Shown here piece after piece: positions 1 through 13,867 of a stretch of DNA of 64,000 nt; position 1 is the stretch's first letter; every line of letters starts with the position of its first letter. The notes beneath the pieces were generated by a model that ran no database searches, had not been told where the DNA came from, and saw only the letters and a program-made list of their open reading frames with translations. Origin of the DNA: Chlorokybus atmophyticus (Eukaryota > Plantae > Mesostigma and Chlorokybus algae); the NCBI GenBank assembly GCA_009103225.1, contig RHPI01001037.1, positions 962,912 to 1,026,911 of the forward strand, read 5' to 3'. Position numbers and translations under genes: made by a program.

Positions 1-699
1 GCTCAACTTTAACGTGCCATTGTACATGTGCTTCATCACTCTGAGTGTCCCATCACATGGGAAATAACGTTTTCAGGTGGTCGGGCAAGTAGGCCTAATG
101 CGCGCCACTCAAGGCTTGGCGTGCAATAGCTTTCACTAATTAACATGAGCGCACAGCCTACCCGCGAGCTGCTGTGATTGGCTCACAGCGCTTGGCCCCT
201 CTGTCTGACTGTGCGATGTGATCGCCACAATCGCAGTGTGTGACAGCATCACATGATGAGGGTCAGTATTTGAATTTGAGGATTGGGTGGCTGAAAGGGC
301 AGATGTGCGCTGCACACCGCGAGCTAGTTCAAAGAGCGACCTGCCCAGACGAGGACCAAGGTGCCACGGTGGTCGCGCCACTGATGCCACGTAAATGTCA
401 CACTGTCATGGAGTCCAAAAGTGCGCGCGGATGTCGCACGACAATGTCAATCAGGGGATGGCTTTTAAAGCCGCTTTTCCAACTGTACATGTACATCCTA
501 GACCGGAGGAGCCGAAGGTAACGCTTCAATCTGTAACGCAACAAATGCATGGTTGCCATGATATTCGTAACTTTGCGATAATTGCGGTTGAAGCTGTTCA
601 ATGCCTAATGCCTTGTGCTACCAATACAGCTTAATTATTGTGCATTATGCAACCTTTGATCGTCATATGTCATGTCATTATTTTAGTCAAAGATGAAAG

Positions 700-751
700 G
701 CTACCCTTCAATTTAATCATTGCGTCCGCAATGATTAAATTGAAGGGTAGC
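700..751. repeat. Perfect 25-bp inverted repeat with 2-nt spacer, followed by a G-run
   Basis: GCTACCCTTCAATTTAATCATTGCG (700-724) + TC + CGCAATGATTAAATTGAAGGGTAGC (727-751). The arms are exact reverse complements. Confidence 0.95.
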
Positions 752-2113
752 GGGGGGGTCGCGCAAGACCACGTTGTTTGCATATTTACATTTTAACTGC
801 AAGATATACACTTCTTACACTTATTAATGTGTGGTTGTGTATTGCATAATGTTATGCTAATGTTATACATGGTGTGAGGCTTGTGTGGATGCTTTAAAGG
901 GATAAACCTGAGAGAGCAAGTACGACAATAGGCATATCCGATATTGCGTAGATGAATGTGTGGCGTTGTATTGCATGATAGTGTGGTATCGGTGGACACG
1001 AATGTGAGATTTATGTGGCTGCTTTGAGGGCTAGTAATGCCTAGAGAGCAAGCAAAGCCGGTTGGCAAATTTAACGTATTATGCACAGCAACGGCAATGC
1101 GTAATATACTACTGCGTGTATGATGTGAACCATGGGCACCCTTCATTACACTTGACGCTGCAAACGACGGAGGACGTACAATCGATTGTAAAGATAGCTG
1201 CGCGAAGCACACTCTGAGCGATAAGTGTGCTTCCAATCCAAGGCGACACAAAAAACAACAAACACACAAACCACAGGGAGGAATGATGTAATAAGGGTTT
1301 ACAACAATTTACAATGTAACTTGGTATGCGCACAACATACCTTAGCGTGGAAATCATTTCATCATCTACATAATTCCTTTCACACCACCATTGCGTCTAG
1401 CTTGAGTGGAAATTGCGTGATGCTAATGTGGAAATTTGCTTGCACCTATACATTACCTTCCTCCCCTATCCACGCCAACAACATATGCGCACAATGCATG
1501 CTTGTCTTAGCCCGGTGGTCATGGTCATAATTGTGGTCATGGTCATGTTCATGGTCATGTATGCGGTATATAGAGGTCAGTTGGTGTGATGTGATGTGTT
1601 GCGCATAATGCATGTGCAATACCCACTTGCGTGTTGCTTAGTAAATGCACATAGCTCGACGCGCTATCCTCTCTCGATATTAACCCTCACTAGGAGAGAG
1701 AGAAAACCATGCAATTAATACAACATACAACTTATTAGGGGCCCTTCTATTTCCTGTATACACGCAATGACAGCAGGTGCGTAGCTCCTCTATCCATGCG
1801 AAGCATGGAAGCATGCTAGACTTCCTATCTTGTTGTACACAATGTTTTGTAGCGACTTTCTGAGACTGTTACCACGCGCTGGTCGCCATGTTCTTGCATT
1901 TATCTCGCAACTACGGCAATAACAGCAGCGAGGCAGTTTGCAGACCAGACAGACTGCTTGCTGTCTGGTTTGCAGGTAACCACTCTTATGACCACACTGT
2001 CCACATATCATCTTGAAAGCTGCAGGCTCGTTACGAGCAAATGCCACATAGGTATGCAGCAAAGACTGGGAATAAGCAGTTGGGTGGGCCTTGCAACTTG
2101 TGCAGACGAGACC

Positions 2114-4072
<1,959 letters not shown>

Positions 4073-4616
4073 CCCCCCTCGCCTTGCCTTTAAGTCCCGC
4101 CTACCCTAACTGCGCTACACACCGTGTCTCACACTGACCCAAAAAGCACAAGAGAAACGCTCTCCTTTCTTGCCTCAATACAAACCCTCCATCCACAGTG
4201 TCCACCTTTACTAATTCTCATTTAGCGTTTCTCTTTCATATGCCTAACACCTGTTGCAGTCGCTCTCACGCAAGCGTTGCTTGACATGCGCAATGCATGG
4301 CCATGCCTAACCTACGGCGTCCCAGGCTCTCAATCAGCGGTAGCAGCTACCCACGACAACACACACTGTTAAGCCCACGCGCTTGCAACGCATAACACAC
4401 AGCAGAAGCCCCTACTCAACGAAAGCTGCGGACGACAACACCTACGACGTCACCGCCGTCGCCGCCGCAAGCTAGGTTGGCCTGCCAGCCATCTCAGCTG
4501 GCAGATCTCCTAATGTGCAATGCATTGATTTGATGAGCAAAGCACAGCAGATTCTGCTAGCTTGCAAGTGTGGGTGTAGTTGCTGTGTTAGTGGGCGGCG
4601 GTGGCGGTGGCTGTAG

Positions 4617-7600
4617 ATGCAAGCGAGCCGTGCGGTTGGCTGCTTGCAGCTTGGACGGACGAGTGTTGAGGTGCGGGGCAGCTGCGCAGCGCTAGCTTCA
4701 AGCTGCGGGAGCAGGCTTGGAGTTCAAGGAAGGAGTGACAAGCAGCTGCTGCTAGAGGGGAGTGGGAAGCTTGCAGGCTGGGCATTGCGCCGGAGCACTG
4801 CTACTTTGACCAGTGTTAGAAGAGCTGGTCCTCACTTTGTGGTCTGTTGCGGAGCTGCTATGGCGACCAATGCGCCTGCTGCCTCCCAGGGGCCGTCCCT
4901 TGCCGACGCCTCCGCACCTGCTCCCAGGCTCCTGCTGGTGTCCGACCTGGACTCTACCATGGTACAAACCTGGTCATCCAACTGCATGTCGCTCAAACCG
5001 TTATTACAGTCAAACCTATGTATCGATGCGCAAATACCGCAGCAGTGCACACATTGCATTGCCCCCAAGCATGCTCATGTTTCTGGGCGAGAGTCGTGCT
5101 GTGATGGTTGCTGTGTGAGGTGAAGTGTTAATCTTTTCTGTCAAGGTGGATCATGAGGACCCGGATCACACCTCCCTGCACCGCTTCAATGAGGTGTGGA
5201 CGTCCCAATGCGCTCATGATTCGCTGCTGGTCTTCTCCACTGGCCGCTCCCCAACAATGTACCAAGAGCTGCGGGTGCGTTGATGACGTGTGTGCTAATG
5301 TGCATGCAAGTGTCGATACACACTTTTCTGAGTGCTGCACGCTGTGTGCATGATGTGTGTGCTGGCGCATTTACAGCTTGCATATGCTTTCTCTCTCAGG
5401 ATGAGGCGCCGCTCATCACGCCGGACATCCGCGTGATGTCGGTTGGCACGGAGATCTTTATTGGCGCGGATGATAAGCCAGACGAGGGCTGGCTGAAGAA
5501 GCTCGACGAGGGCTGGGACAGGAAGGTTGTTGAGGAGGTCACAAAGGGTTTCTCTGAATTGAAGCTGCAGGTACGCAGTTACATGCTGCAATCCTGTTTT
5601 TCTGTTGTTATTCTGTTGACCGCAGTTCGGTGGTGCAGACGGTACATAACTTGGTGCTTTGCATGTGCCTGTCAACTATGCCAAGCACGCATACAAAATG
5701 TGTGTGGGTGTTTGCCAAACTGTTTGTGCACTAAGCAACACTATCAGATTAGCAGTTAGAGTGCGTAGTTTCTCATGTGGTTGTGACATGCATGTTGGTG
5801 TGACTGCAGAGAGAGAGTGAACAGCGGCCACACAAAGTGAGCTTCAACATCGATCCTGCAACCAGTGAGAAGGTGATTCCCATCCTGAAGGCCAAGCTTC
5901 TCGAGCGAGGGGTAATCTACACTCGACATGCCGCATGTAAATGCATGAACGCAGCGAGTGCGACACGTCCATCCTGTAGCGTGTGAGTTCCAACTGGCTT
6001 GAGTTCCTGGGCCGTCCTTATGTAGGTGGAGGCGAAGTTGGTATACTCGGGCTCTTGGGATCTGGATGTGATGTCAAAGAATGCTGGAAAGGGCCAGGCT
6101 TTGTCGTACATTGTTGAAAAGCTGGCGGCGCAGCACCGCTCGCCAACCAGGGGTACGTCCATTGCACACGACGCTGATTTCAGTATGTATTCAACCAGTG
6201 TTGTAACACAAAAACAAATGAGACCTCCACTTCAGGCATTCTGGTGTGCGGGGATTCAGGCAATGACGCAGAGTTGTTTACCGTACCTCGTGTACATGGC
6301 TGCATGGTGAGCAAAACACAACTCCACTATAGGTAGCTCGCGATACCCGTTGGCCGTATGTCATGGGTTCTGAGTCGCTGTCTTGCTGGTGGCAGGTCTC
6401 CAATGCCATGAAGGAGCTGAAGGAGTACTGTGACGCCCATCCCGACATTACTGTGCACCGCGCAACTCAGCGGTGTGCTGGTGGCATTGTTGAGGCCATG
6501 GAATCTTTTGAGTTCATTCCTTTGCCACTGCTTGTGGGAGCACCTCCATTGACGGTGAGAGCAGCGTGCAGCATGCAGGCACCGAACATGCACGCTTATT
6601 ACTCCATATAGTGACAGACCTTCCCTGTACAGATGGGCTTGAGCTGCGCATCAGCTGGCAGCATGCATGCGTTGCTTGTGGATACATTCCGCTGGCTAAC
6701 ACAGGTACAGACGGCACATCTTAGTTTACCTAGTTTAAACCAGTCCTCTTGTGCTTATGGTTTGCTAATTCGCCTCGATGCCCCGAGTGCAGTGGTATAG
6801 GGGAGAGTCTGAGAACACAGATGACGAGTGGCAAAGGCTTGCGAAAATCTTTGTAAGTGGGCACTGGTTAGACTTTACCTGTCGTCGTGGCATACGAATG
6901 CAGAAGGTTGTGCCTCCTGTTGGAACGTTCCCAAGCACCAATCTAACTTTAATGCTCTTGCTTGGACCAGGCTGCAGAGTTTAGCATTGTTGTGCCGTCT
7001 GGGCAAGTGTTGAGTCGGGAGCAGATGCTCAGGCAGCTGCGTGGGCAACATGGGCGCGAGAGCAGCCACGGCAACCACTTCTATGCGTGGGTGGACCGCG
7101 TGCATCCCGTCGTCAGTGGCGCCAACCTCCGCGTGGCAACCTTCACCGAATTGCATGAGGCCCACGGTTCAGGTGCGCAGCGAAAGTCGTGACCGCGCTG
7201 CTTCGTGTATGCATGCCTGTCTGCAGTATGCGTATATGTCTCTGCGTATGTCAGTGGTAGATGAGTCAGGTGCTGTTGTGCACCATACTCAAATAGCATG
7301 TATCTGCCTCACTCGTTCTCGGCTTGCTGTGGCTGAGTGGCTTCTTTCTCCTTTCTTTTCAGGCAAGCGGGTTGCCAAGCAGAATACACTGGTGTTCCGA
7401 GAAAAGGTAGTTGGCTTTTGATATGAAGGCACACACTGCTGCGATGAAGTCAATGCCTGTGCATGTGGGCGTGCGTGCATGCATGCATAGTCGTGCCTAC
7501 CCTTGCTGTACGTGTGCAGTAATCGCAGTCGTCATCCAGGTGGCACCTCTCTAATTGCAGCAAAGATGTGCCTTGCGTGCCTGCATAGGCATGTTTGCAA

Positions 7601-7696
7601 TCAGAAGCTCATTTGGATAATTGAGGATGTGATTTGCAGGAGGGCTCGCCACATGGTCTGGAGTGGGTGCACCTGCATGAAACCAGGCTCGGGTGA
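4617..7696 (+). CDS. SPP: Sucrose-phosphate phosphatase (HAD, S6PP + S6PP_C domains), spliced. ATG at 4617 (extended) or 4860
   Basis: [12 protein letters not shown] (HAD motif I), [77 protein letters not shown]. The C-terminal exons continue past 7192 via a donor at about 7172 to [15 protein letters not shown] and [21 protein letters not shown] (7640-7696), matching the plant SPP tail (WxHxHxTxL). Confidence 0.93.
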
Positions 7697-8849
7697 AGGT
7701 GGTATAAAAATTGAGGGGCTGAACTTGTCTGGATCAAGGTTCTTGTAAGCGTGTTTCTTATGAGATTCCCTGTTGATGGCTAGAGGCGCTTATGCTGCTA
7801 GACTGCCGTTGTGTCTACTGGCTTGGTTGGTAGTAAAGAACTGATAGCGAGATATGCACATCATGTCTACTCTGTGACCATTGCATCGTGTACAGAATAT
7901 GCAAGTAATTCATGCAACAAGCACGACACATGCATCGTGCACAATGCTCACCATCATGCAGCGTTTTCCACCACCGCGGCTCACGTACACTGATATTACT
8001 TAGCTGCTCTCAGTACTGCTTCAAACCCGCGTTAGACATACATGCAATGGTGTAGTGTGCGGACTGCATGCATGTTTGCTACATTCTCATGCATGCCACA
8101 ATCCTTGAATACTATATTATATACACGTGTGTCGGTTACCTGCACACTTCGCAATAACTGCATCGCACATCATCACTCAATGCTGCGGTGTGCGCTTCGG
8201 TCATCAATTTGCACACGGATAGCAATATGTGAGGTACATCATGTTTGAATGTTGTTGCCTTGCTGTCGTGCTGTTTGGATCTGCTCAGAAGCCTGATGTC
8301 ATGCAGCTTAGAGTTATGTCATGAAGGGATGTGGTGGTGTAGGTGTGCTATTGCTAGTGGATGTGCACTCGACAGCATGCACATTAGCTGGCTGGCTTGC
8401 CATAGCCGATTATCAAATGGTAGGTCGCACTCGCTTCGCTCGTCGCGACATTAGCCGTATCGCCTCCTTACTCGTTTGATATCCTGTACATGTTGGCCAG
8501 CCTCTTGGCGTTCCTGGTGCTTGGTGCATTTATGCATTTTGCGCAGTTGGTTAAGCATTCAGTGCTCTATGTAACGTACATGCTTAGTGTGATGTCATCA
8601 CAAATACCTTGAAGTGTGCCTCGTGCGATTCAACCCACATTTGTGCAGCGAGTCTAAAAAAGGGAAGAGTTTTGTCTAATACCCCCTTGACTTGTTAATG
8701 CAGAAATAGATACAAGGTTTGCTACAACTGCAACCACACTGCAGGCAGCTTTCTATTAGACAACATCTGTAAACAGGAAGCTACCAGCTGCAGTGTGGTA
8801 GGATAATATTAATGTGAAGTCATAAATCAAAGAAGAAAGTATTAAAAAA

Positions 8850-8937
8850 GCTCACTTGTGAAATTGGTGAAATTGGTAAAGACGGCAGACTCAAAATCCG
8901 TTCCTATTGGTTATTGGTTCAAGTCCGATAGTGAGTA
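8850..8937 (+). pseudogene. trnL-CAA: Degenerate organelle/bacterial-type tRNA-Leu(CAA) in an AT-rich patch
   Basis: Acceptor stem GCTCACT/AGTGAGT + discriminator A. D-loop GTGAAATTGGTAAA. Anticodon loop CT-CAA-AA (8890-8896). Long variable arm. T-arm ATTGG-TTCAAGT-CCGAT. Lesions: 8-9 nt tandem duplication at the D-arm start, an A:C mismatch in the anticodon stem and a broken D-stem. Confidence 0.8.
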
Positions 8938-9176
8938 AATAGACTAAGGTAAATATGTTACCCTACATTTAAAGCGAGCAACAAAATTCTACATCTAACA
9001 GTGCACATTCGTTTAGCACTTTACTCTAATTCGCTTCACTGCACTTTGATTTACAACCGTAGCAAATGTTGGGCGACCTTGCAGTCAGCACATTGCTAAG
9101 CGTATGTGACTCTGTCTAAGGCAAATCCGTATTGCAATCCCTAGCCAGGTGTGACAACTACGCAGCTCCAACACAT

Positions 9177-11907
9177 TCAGTGAGGCGTGCTCAGGTTATA
9201 ACTATCTGGATATCTGTCAACAAATTGTTGAACATAAGCTTGCTGCTCTTTCAGGTTCAGTGGCATCACATCATACACGTCTGTGGTGACCTCCGACGGC
9301 GGCGGCTTCGGCAGGCTCTCCGCTTCATCCAATGCACGCAGCACCTGTACACAACAGTTGAGCGAGGCTCCTAACCATGTGCAGAACACACGCATGCTTG
9401 TCGTAATGGCTCACCTCAGTGCGAATCTCTTCCCGACACTGGTCTTCCTGCCCTGAAGACCACCACTTTTTATGTTCGAGCCACTTGCGCAGGCGAGGTA
9501 TGGGATGCCGGACCTGCTTCCAGCGCTCCATCTGCTCTGCGGCTCTGTAGCGCGTGGAGTCATCGGATGTAGAGTGGTGGCCAACACGATACGTCATGGC
9601 CTGCAGCGAGAGGAATATTGTGAGTGAATTAGTGAGTAAAGCGCCAGCTTGTCCCATCGCATCACGTCATGACAAATGGCAAGCATTACCTCCACTAGCA
9701 TCGGAATGCCTTCTTCAACTGCCATGCGCCGCGCTTCGGACACCGCCTGCAGCATGGCCCAGACATCATTGCCATCAACACGCACGGACCGTATACCGTA
9801 GGCTCTGCCTCGCGCCACGATGCCATCACCTGCATCCGATGTGTATGTAAGCCATTTCAAGAAAGGACTTGAGACGCACATGCGTAACTCTTGGCCAGGT
9901 TGACCGTCATAACAGCAGGAGATGGCAATTGCGTGTGACAAGCCAAGAGCATTCAATACAATCACAGCCACTGCTTATGGCCGTCGCTCGCAGAGGCTGT
10001 TGAGATAGGTTTATGTGTCCCTCTGATAATGATTTTGACAGCCAGCGCGTCCTGCAACTCACCTTTGTACTGTTCATGCACGGGCGTGCTGATCGCCCAA
10101 CCGTTGTTCCGGCAGATAAACACTACTGGTGCCTTCAAGACAGCTGCAAAGTTCATAGCAGCATGAAAGTCCCCCTGCAACACGTACATGTTCATCAGGT
10201 TGCTTCAAGCACAAGTAAGCTGTCATCACTCACCTCACTTGCTGCACCATCTCCAAAATAGCACGCAACGCATCGTGCTTCTTTACGCAGCTTCATAGCG
10301 TATGCCGCACCCACGGCTTGAGGTATCTGAGTCCTGAACATGCACATGCATAGTTACTACACGGTGGACTTTGGGGAATGCTGTGAACAGTGTGCGCATG
10401 CATACAGAAGCATCTGTTGCTCTGACTTGGAAAATGGCAACTTACGCTAGTGGGGATGAGATAGTCATGAAGTTAAAGTCCCGGCTGCCGTAATGAATTG
10501 GCATCTGCCGGCCTTTTGAAGGGTCGCGGGAGTTGCCAAAGCACTGGTCCGCGCATTGCTGCAGCGTGAATCCCCGCCAAAGAAGAACACCCGTCTCACG
10601 ATACTGCACCAAACAAGAAGCACGCTTCAGGAAGTAACTGCTAGTATGTTCAGAACGCCAATGACACATCATCAATGCTATCTCAGGTATGTCAGACTCA
10701 AAAGGGCTCTTATATACAACCAACCTGTGCGAGAACGACGTCATCCGGTGACAGCGCAGCAGCACTGGCAACACTGGCAGCCTCTTCACCATCGGCGGTG
10801 AGGTAAAATGAGAACCGCCCCTGCCTCTGTGCTTCATAAAATATGCCATCCATGATCTGCACAATGTGCGACACTGTAGCCGCCCGTGACGATGACAAGC
10901 ACACTGTCTAGATGACGTACAGTATTGTGGAGAACCACTCATAGTATACGGTAACTGACATGCATGTTTATCATGTAGGTCTGACAGTCGATGATAACTC
11001 TCTTGTCAATCACGATCCAGCACAATATGCACGCAAGCTTTGCATGAACCAGCCCCTGTGACTACAGCACCTGTGACTTCACCATTGTCTTGTACAGCTT
11101 GACCGCCGTCGCCTGGTCAACCTGCACTGTGCGAAAGTCTGGTATGTGTGGCGAGCTTGCACAAGCATCTGCACACTACACATTGTGTCCCATGCTAGCT
11201 ACAAGTGGAGATGCACGAGACTCCAATTCTACGATAATCTTGTGAAACATATAGCGAGGCAGAGTGTACGCGTGGAAACAATGGCTTACTTGCGGCGCGA
11301 CTCCATTGACAATGTGTCCATGCTCGTCCATCGCGCGGTAGATAGGAACCGTGGGATCGGCATGCTCGCTGATAAAAGCCAGCTCATGCGTGTACGCCAA
11401 GTGCGCCACATGGTCTAGACCCACCAGATGCTGCAGCAACAAAGCAAAGGCACGCGTCACGACATTGCTGCTGCGAACAGCAAGTTACGACCTTGCTAAT
11501 GAGCATTCCTCAGCCTTACATACTTCTGTATTTGACAATCACATTGCTGATGTTACAGCTGACAGACAGCTGTTGAGAAAAGGAGACCATGCTGAGCACA
11601 CGTCGCAAACAACAATGACTGCGCTGCTCAATACAGCGGGACAGCCTGGAACAACATGACCTCAGATCATTCCTGAATATTACACCTGCTGGCTGGACGG
11701 CACCACAGGAGCGGCGGTCTCCGGCAGGATAGAGCTGACGGTGGCGGTGGCACCGTCGGCTCCAATTGAAAATGCGCGGGCTCTCTGCAACCGGTACCTC
11801 GCCGCAGTAACGGTAATGATCACCGGCGACGACACGGAAGACACTCTCCATCCCCGGCCCAGCAACCCCGCTAGACCCCCGGCCGCCGCTACCGCCGCCC
11901 TCCTCAT
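9177..11907 (-). CDS. BCKDHA: Branched-chain 2-oxoacid dehydrogenase E1 alpha subunit, mitochondrial, spliced
   Basis: [50 protein letters not shown] motif [64 protein letters not shown]. Arg/Ala-rich presequence [11 protein letters not shown]. Confidence 0.96.
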
Positions 11908-12775
11908 CGCCACCGTTGCACGCTGACACTGCCACTCCACCGCCAAGTCAGCTTACTGCTCACCTCTTTTTTCCGTACCCAACCGCACTTTTCCACTCAC
12001 TGCCATGTCAGCATTGTGTTTGTTGCAATGCGTCAGCGTCACGCTCTCGCGTCGGCAGCGTCACTTGTTAGCAACGGCTTGCCACTGTGACGCAGCTACT
12101 CTGCTGCTTTTGACGGTGCGCGACAGGGCCGCGGCGGAGGTGGCGGCGAAGCAGGTAGCGGCGGTGGAGGAGGAAGAAGGTGTTGCTGGTTAGAAAAGGG
12201 AGATAGTGTTTCGTTTGGGCTGTGACCAATGAAGCTGTGAACCGACGGCGAGATTGCTGATGGTATGTTGTGGAGGGCAAAACAGATCAGTGTGAGGTGG
12301 TCATCTTTGACGTCCACCAGCGTGATGCGGCATGCTAGGTTGCTCTAACTGCTTGCCGGGTGGAACGCATCTTCGGTGTGCTTGTCATCACGTGACCACA
12401 TAAGCGCAGGCTTAACTGTTAGCTAGCTGGTTTGAAGAACAGGAGCAGACGCAAGCTGCAAGGCAACAGTCAGGTGCGTACGTATCGCTTGGCCTTGCTC
12501 AATGCAGTTAAGTTAGTTCAGTGCTTCGCTTCTCCAGCTGGCTGTTACTTCAAACACACTGCTATTGCTGGTCTGCCATTCTTGACAGTTTGGTTTCGGT
12601 GCGAGGCGTTGCTAGCACAGTGTGTGCATTGCGACCATGATTAATTGGCAAGTTGTGACTGCCGCTATTGTGCACGCGGTGCGTTCAAGCTTGCCTTGGC
12701 AGTGGTTGCAGAGTGCATAGACTGAACCGTGCGAAAAATGCAGTAGAGAGTGACTTTGTTCTCTGTCCTTGCAGC

Positions 12776-13459
12776 ATGCAGGCCACTGATGACAGAATAG
12801 TAGCTGCGCAAGCACAAGTGCTCGACAGCGGCGACCTAGTTTGCTTGATGGCCAGAGTTTTGTGTCCCAGAGACCGCGCAAGGGCAGGTTGCGTCAACAA
12901 GCTCTGGAGGGACGCATGTTGGGAGATAGAGGACGAATATTACAGGTTGACGAGGTCGCATGCAGAGTTGAAGGCGCATGTGCGCGTATGCCGCGCTCAG
13001 CTTACCATCCTTAGGTTCAATGAGCGAGAAGGCACAGAGATCTCCTACCTGGCATTCTGCATGGCTCAGCATGATGGCTGCAACCTGCTTGTACCGCAGA
13101 GGCATACATGGGCTCACAAAGACTGCCGAGTCATGTTCTGCTATGCGCCTGATGGACGACATGCTTTCGCCCCAGCCACGCTCGAGAAGCTAAGTTCCTT
13201 GGCCAATCGCATCGTTGTGAATGTCTTTGCCTTGAGAGTTGCAGATGGAGAGCTGCTGCATTTGGCGACACAGTGCTGCAAGTCCGCGGTTCAGGAGTAC
13301 GGTGATGGTATGGCTCTTTCTATCACCCTGTGTGCTGTGTGCGACAACGGCAACCCTCAGTTCAGGCTAGGTACATATGACATCGTGTTTGAGCAAGTGC
13401 AAACACCGGACAATGTGCGCGGTTACTTTTTTTTTAAAGTATGCGTTCTGGCGCGTTGA
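12776..13459 (+). CDS. Intronless F-box-like protein with unrecognised C-terminal domain (paralog P1, intact, 227 aa)
   Basis: VLDSGDLVCLMARVLCPRDRARAGCVNKLWRDAC resembles the F-box consensus. The ORF is uninterrupted. The ATG follows a TTGCAG acceptor, suggesting a 5' UTR intron. Three nearby paralogs share the downstream motifs. Confidence 0.7.
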   Translation: MQATDDRIVAAQAQVLDSGDLVCLMARVLCPRDRARAGCVNKLWRDACWEIEDEYYRLTRSHAELKAHVRVCRAQLTILRFNEREGTEISYLAFCMAQHDGCNLLVPQRHTWAHKDCRVMFCYAPDGRHAFAPATLEKLSSLANRIVVNVFALRVADGELLHLATQCCKSAVQEYGDGMALSITLCAVCDNGNPQFRLGTYDIVFEQVQTPDNVRGYFFFKVCVLAR

Positions 13460-13867
13460 TTGGCGTGTTGCTGACATTATAGCAAGTTGGGTGAGGGGGG
13501 CCATCCGTGTCTAGCAGTAGCCAGGCTGGAGCCCATCAAGGTTGTAAAGCTGCATTGCTCATCAACATCATCATGAAGTTACTCGTGGCGCAGCATGTGT
13601 CTCCTTGAGCTGCTGTGTTGGCTGTCTGCTGCAAGGTGATTGTTTGTGCTGTACATTTGCGAAAGCCTCGGCATTTTGAACATGTAGCACATGAAAGCGC
13701 CTCGAGGAAAGTAGTTGTCCACTTCTACAGCAATGGCACACGTAAGATGTAGAGCAGGACACCAGTAAGTGGCAAATATGGCCGTCACAGTTAGCTATAC
13801 ACATCTAGTACAATGCTGCATCAAAGGCTTCTGGCCATACAGTCATCTGCAGCTGATCCAACTGTCA

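Noticed and set aside
6962-7192. Apparent SPP stop at 7192
   Set aside because: A donor near 7172 and two further exons supply the conserved C-terminal WVHLHET motif, ending at 7696.
12200-12300. Possible C/D snoRNA (ACCA-ATGAAG..CTGA-TGGT); similar weak candidates at 42600-42680 and in the RRP15 intron
   Set aside because: The C box is imperfect and I could not match a guide to rRNA without a search.
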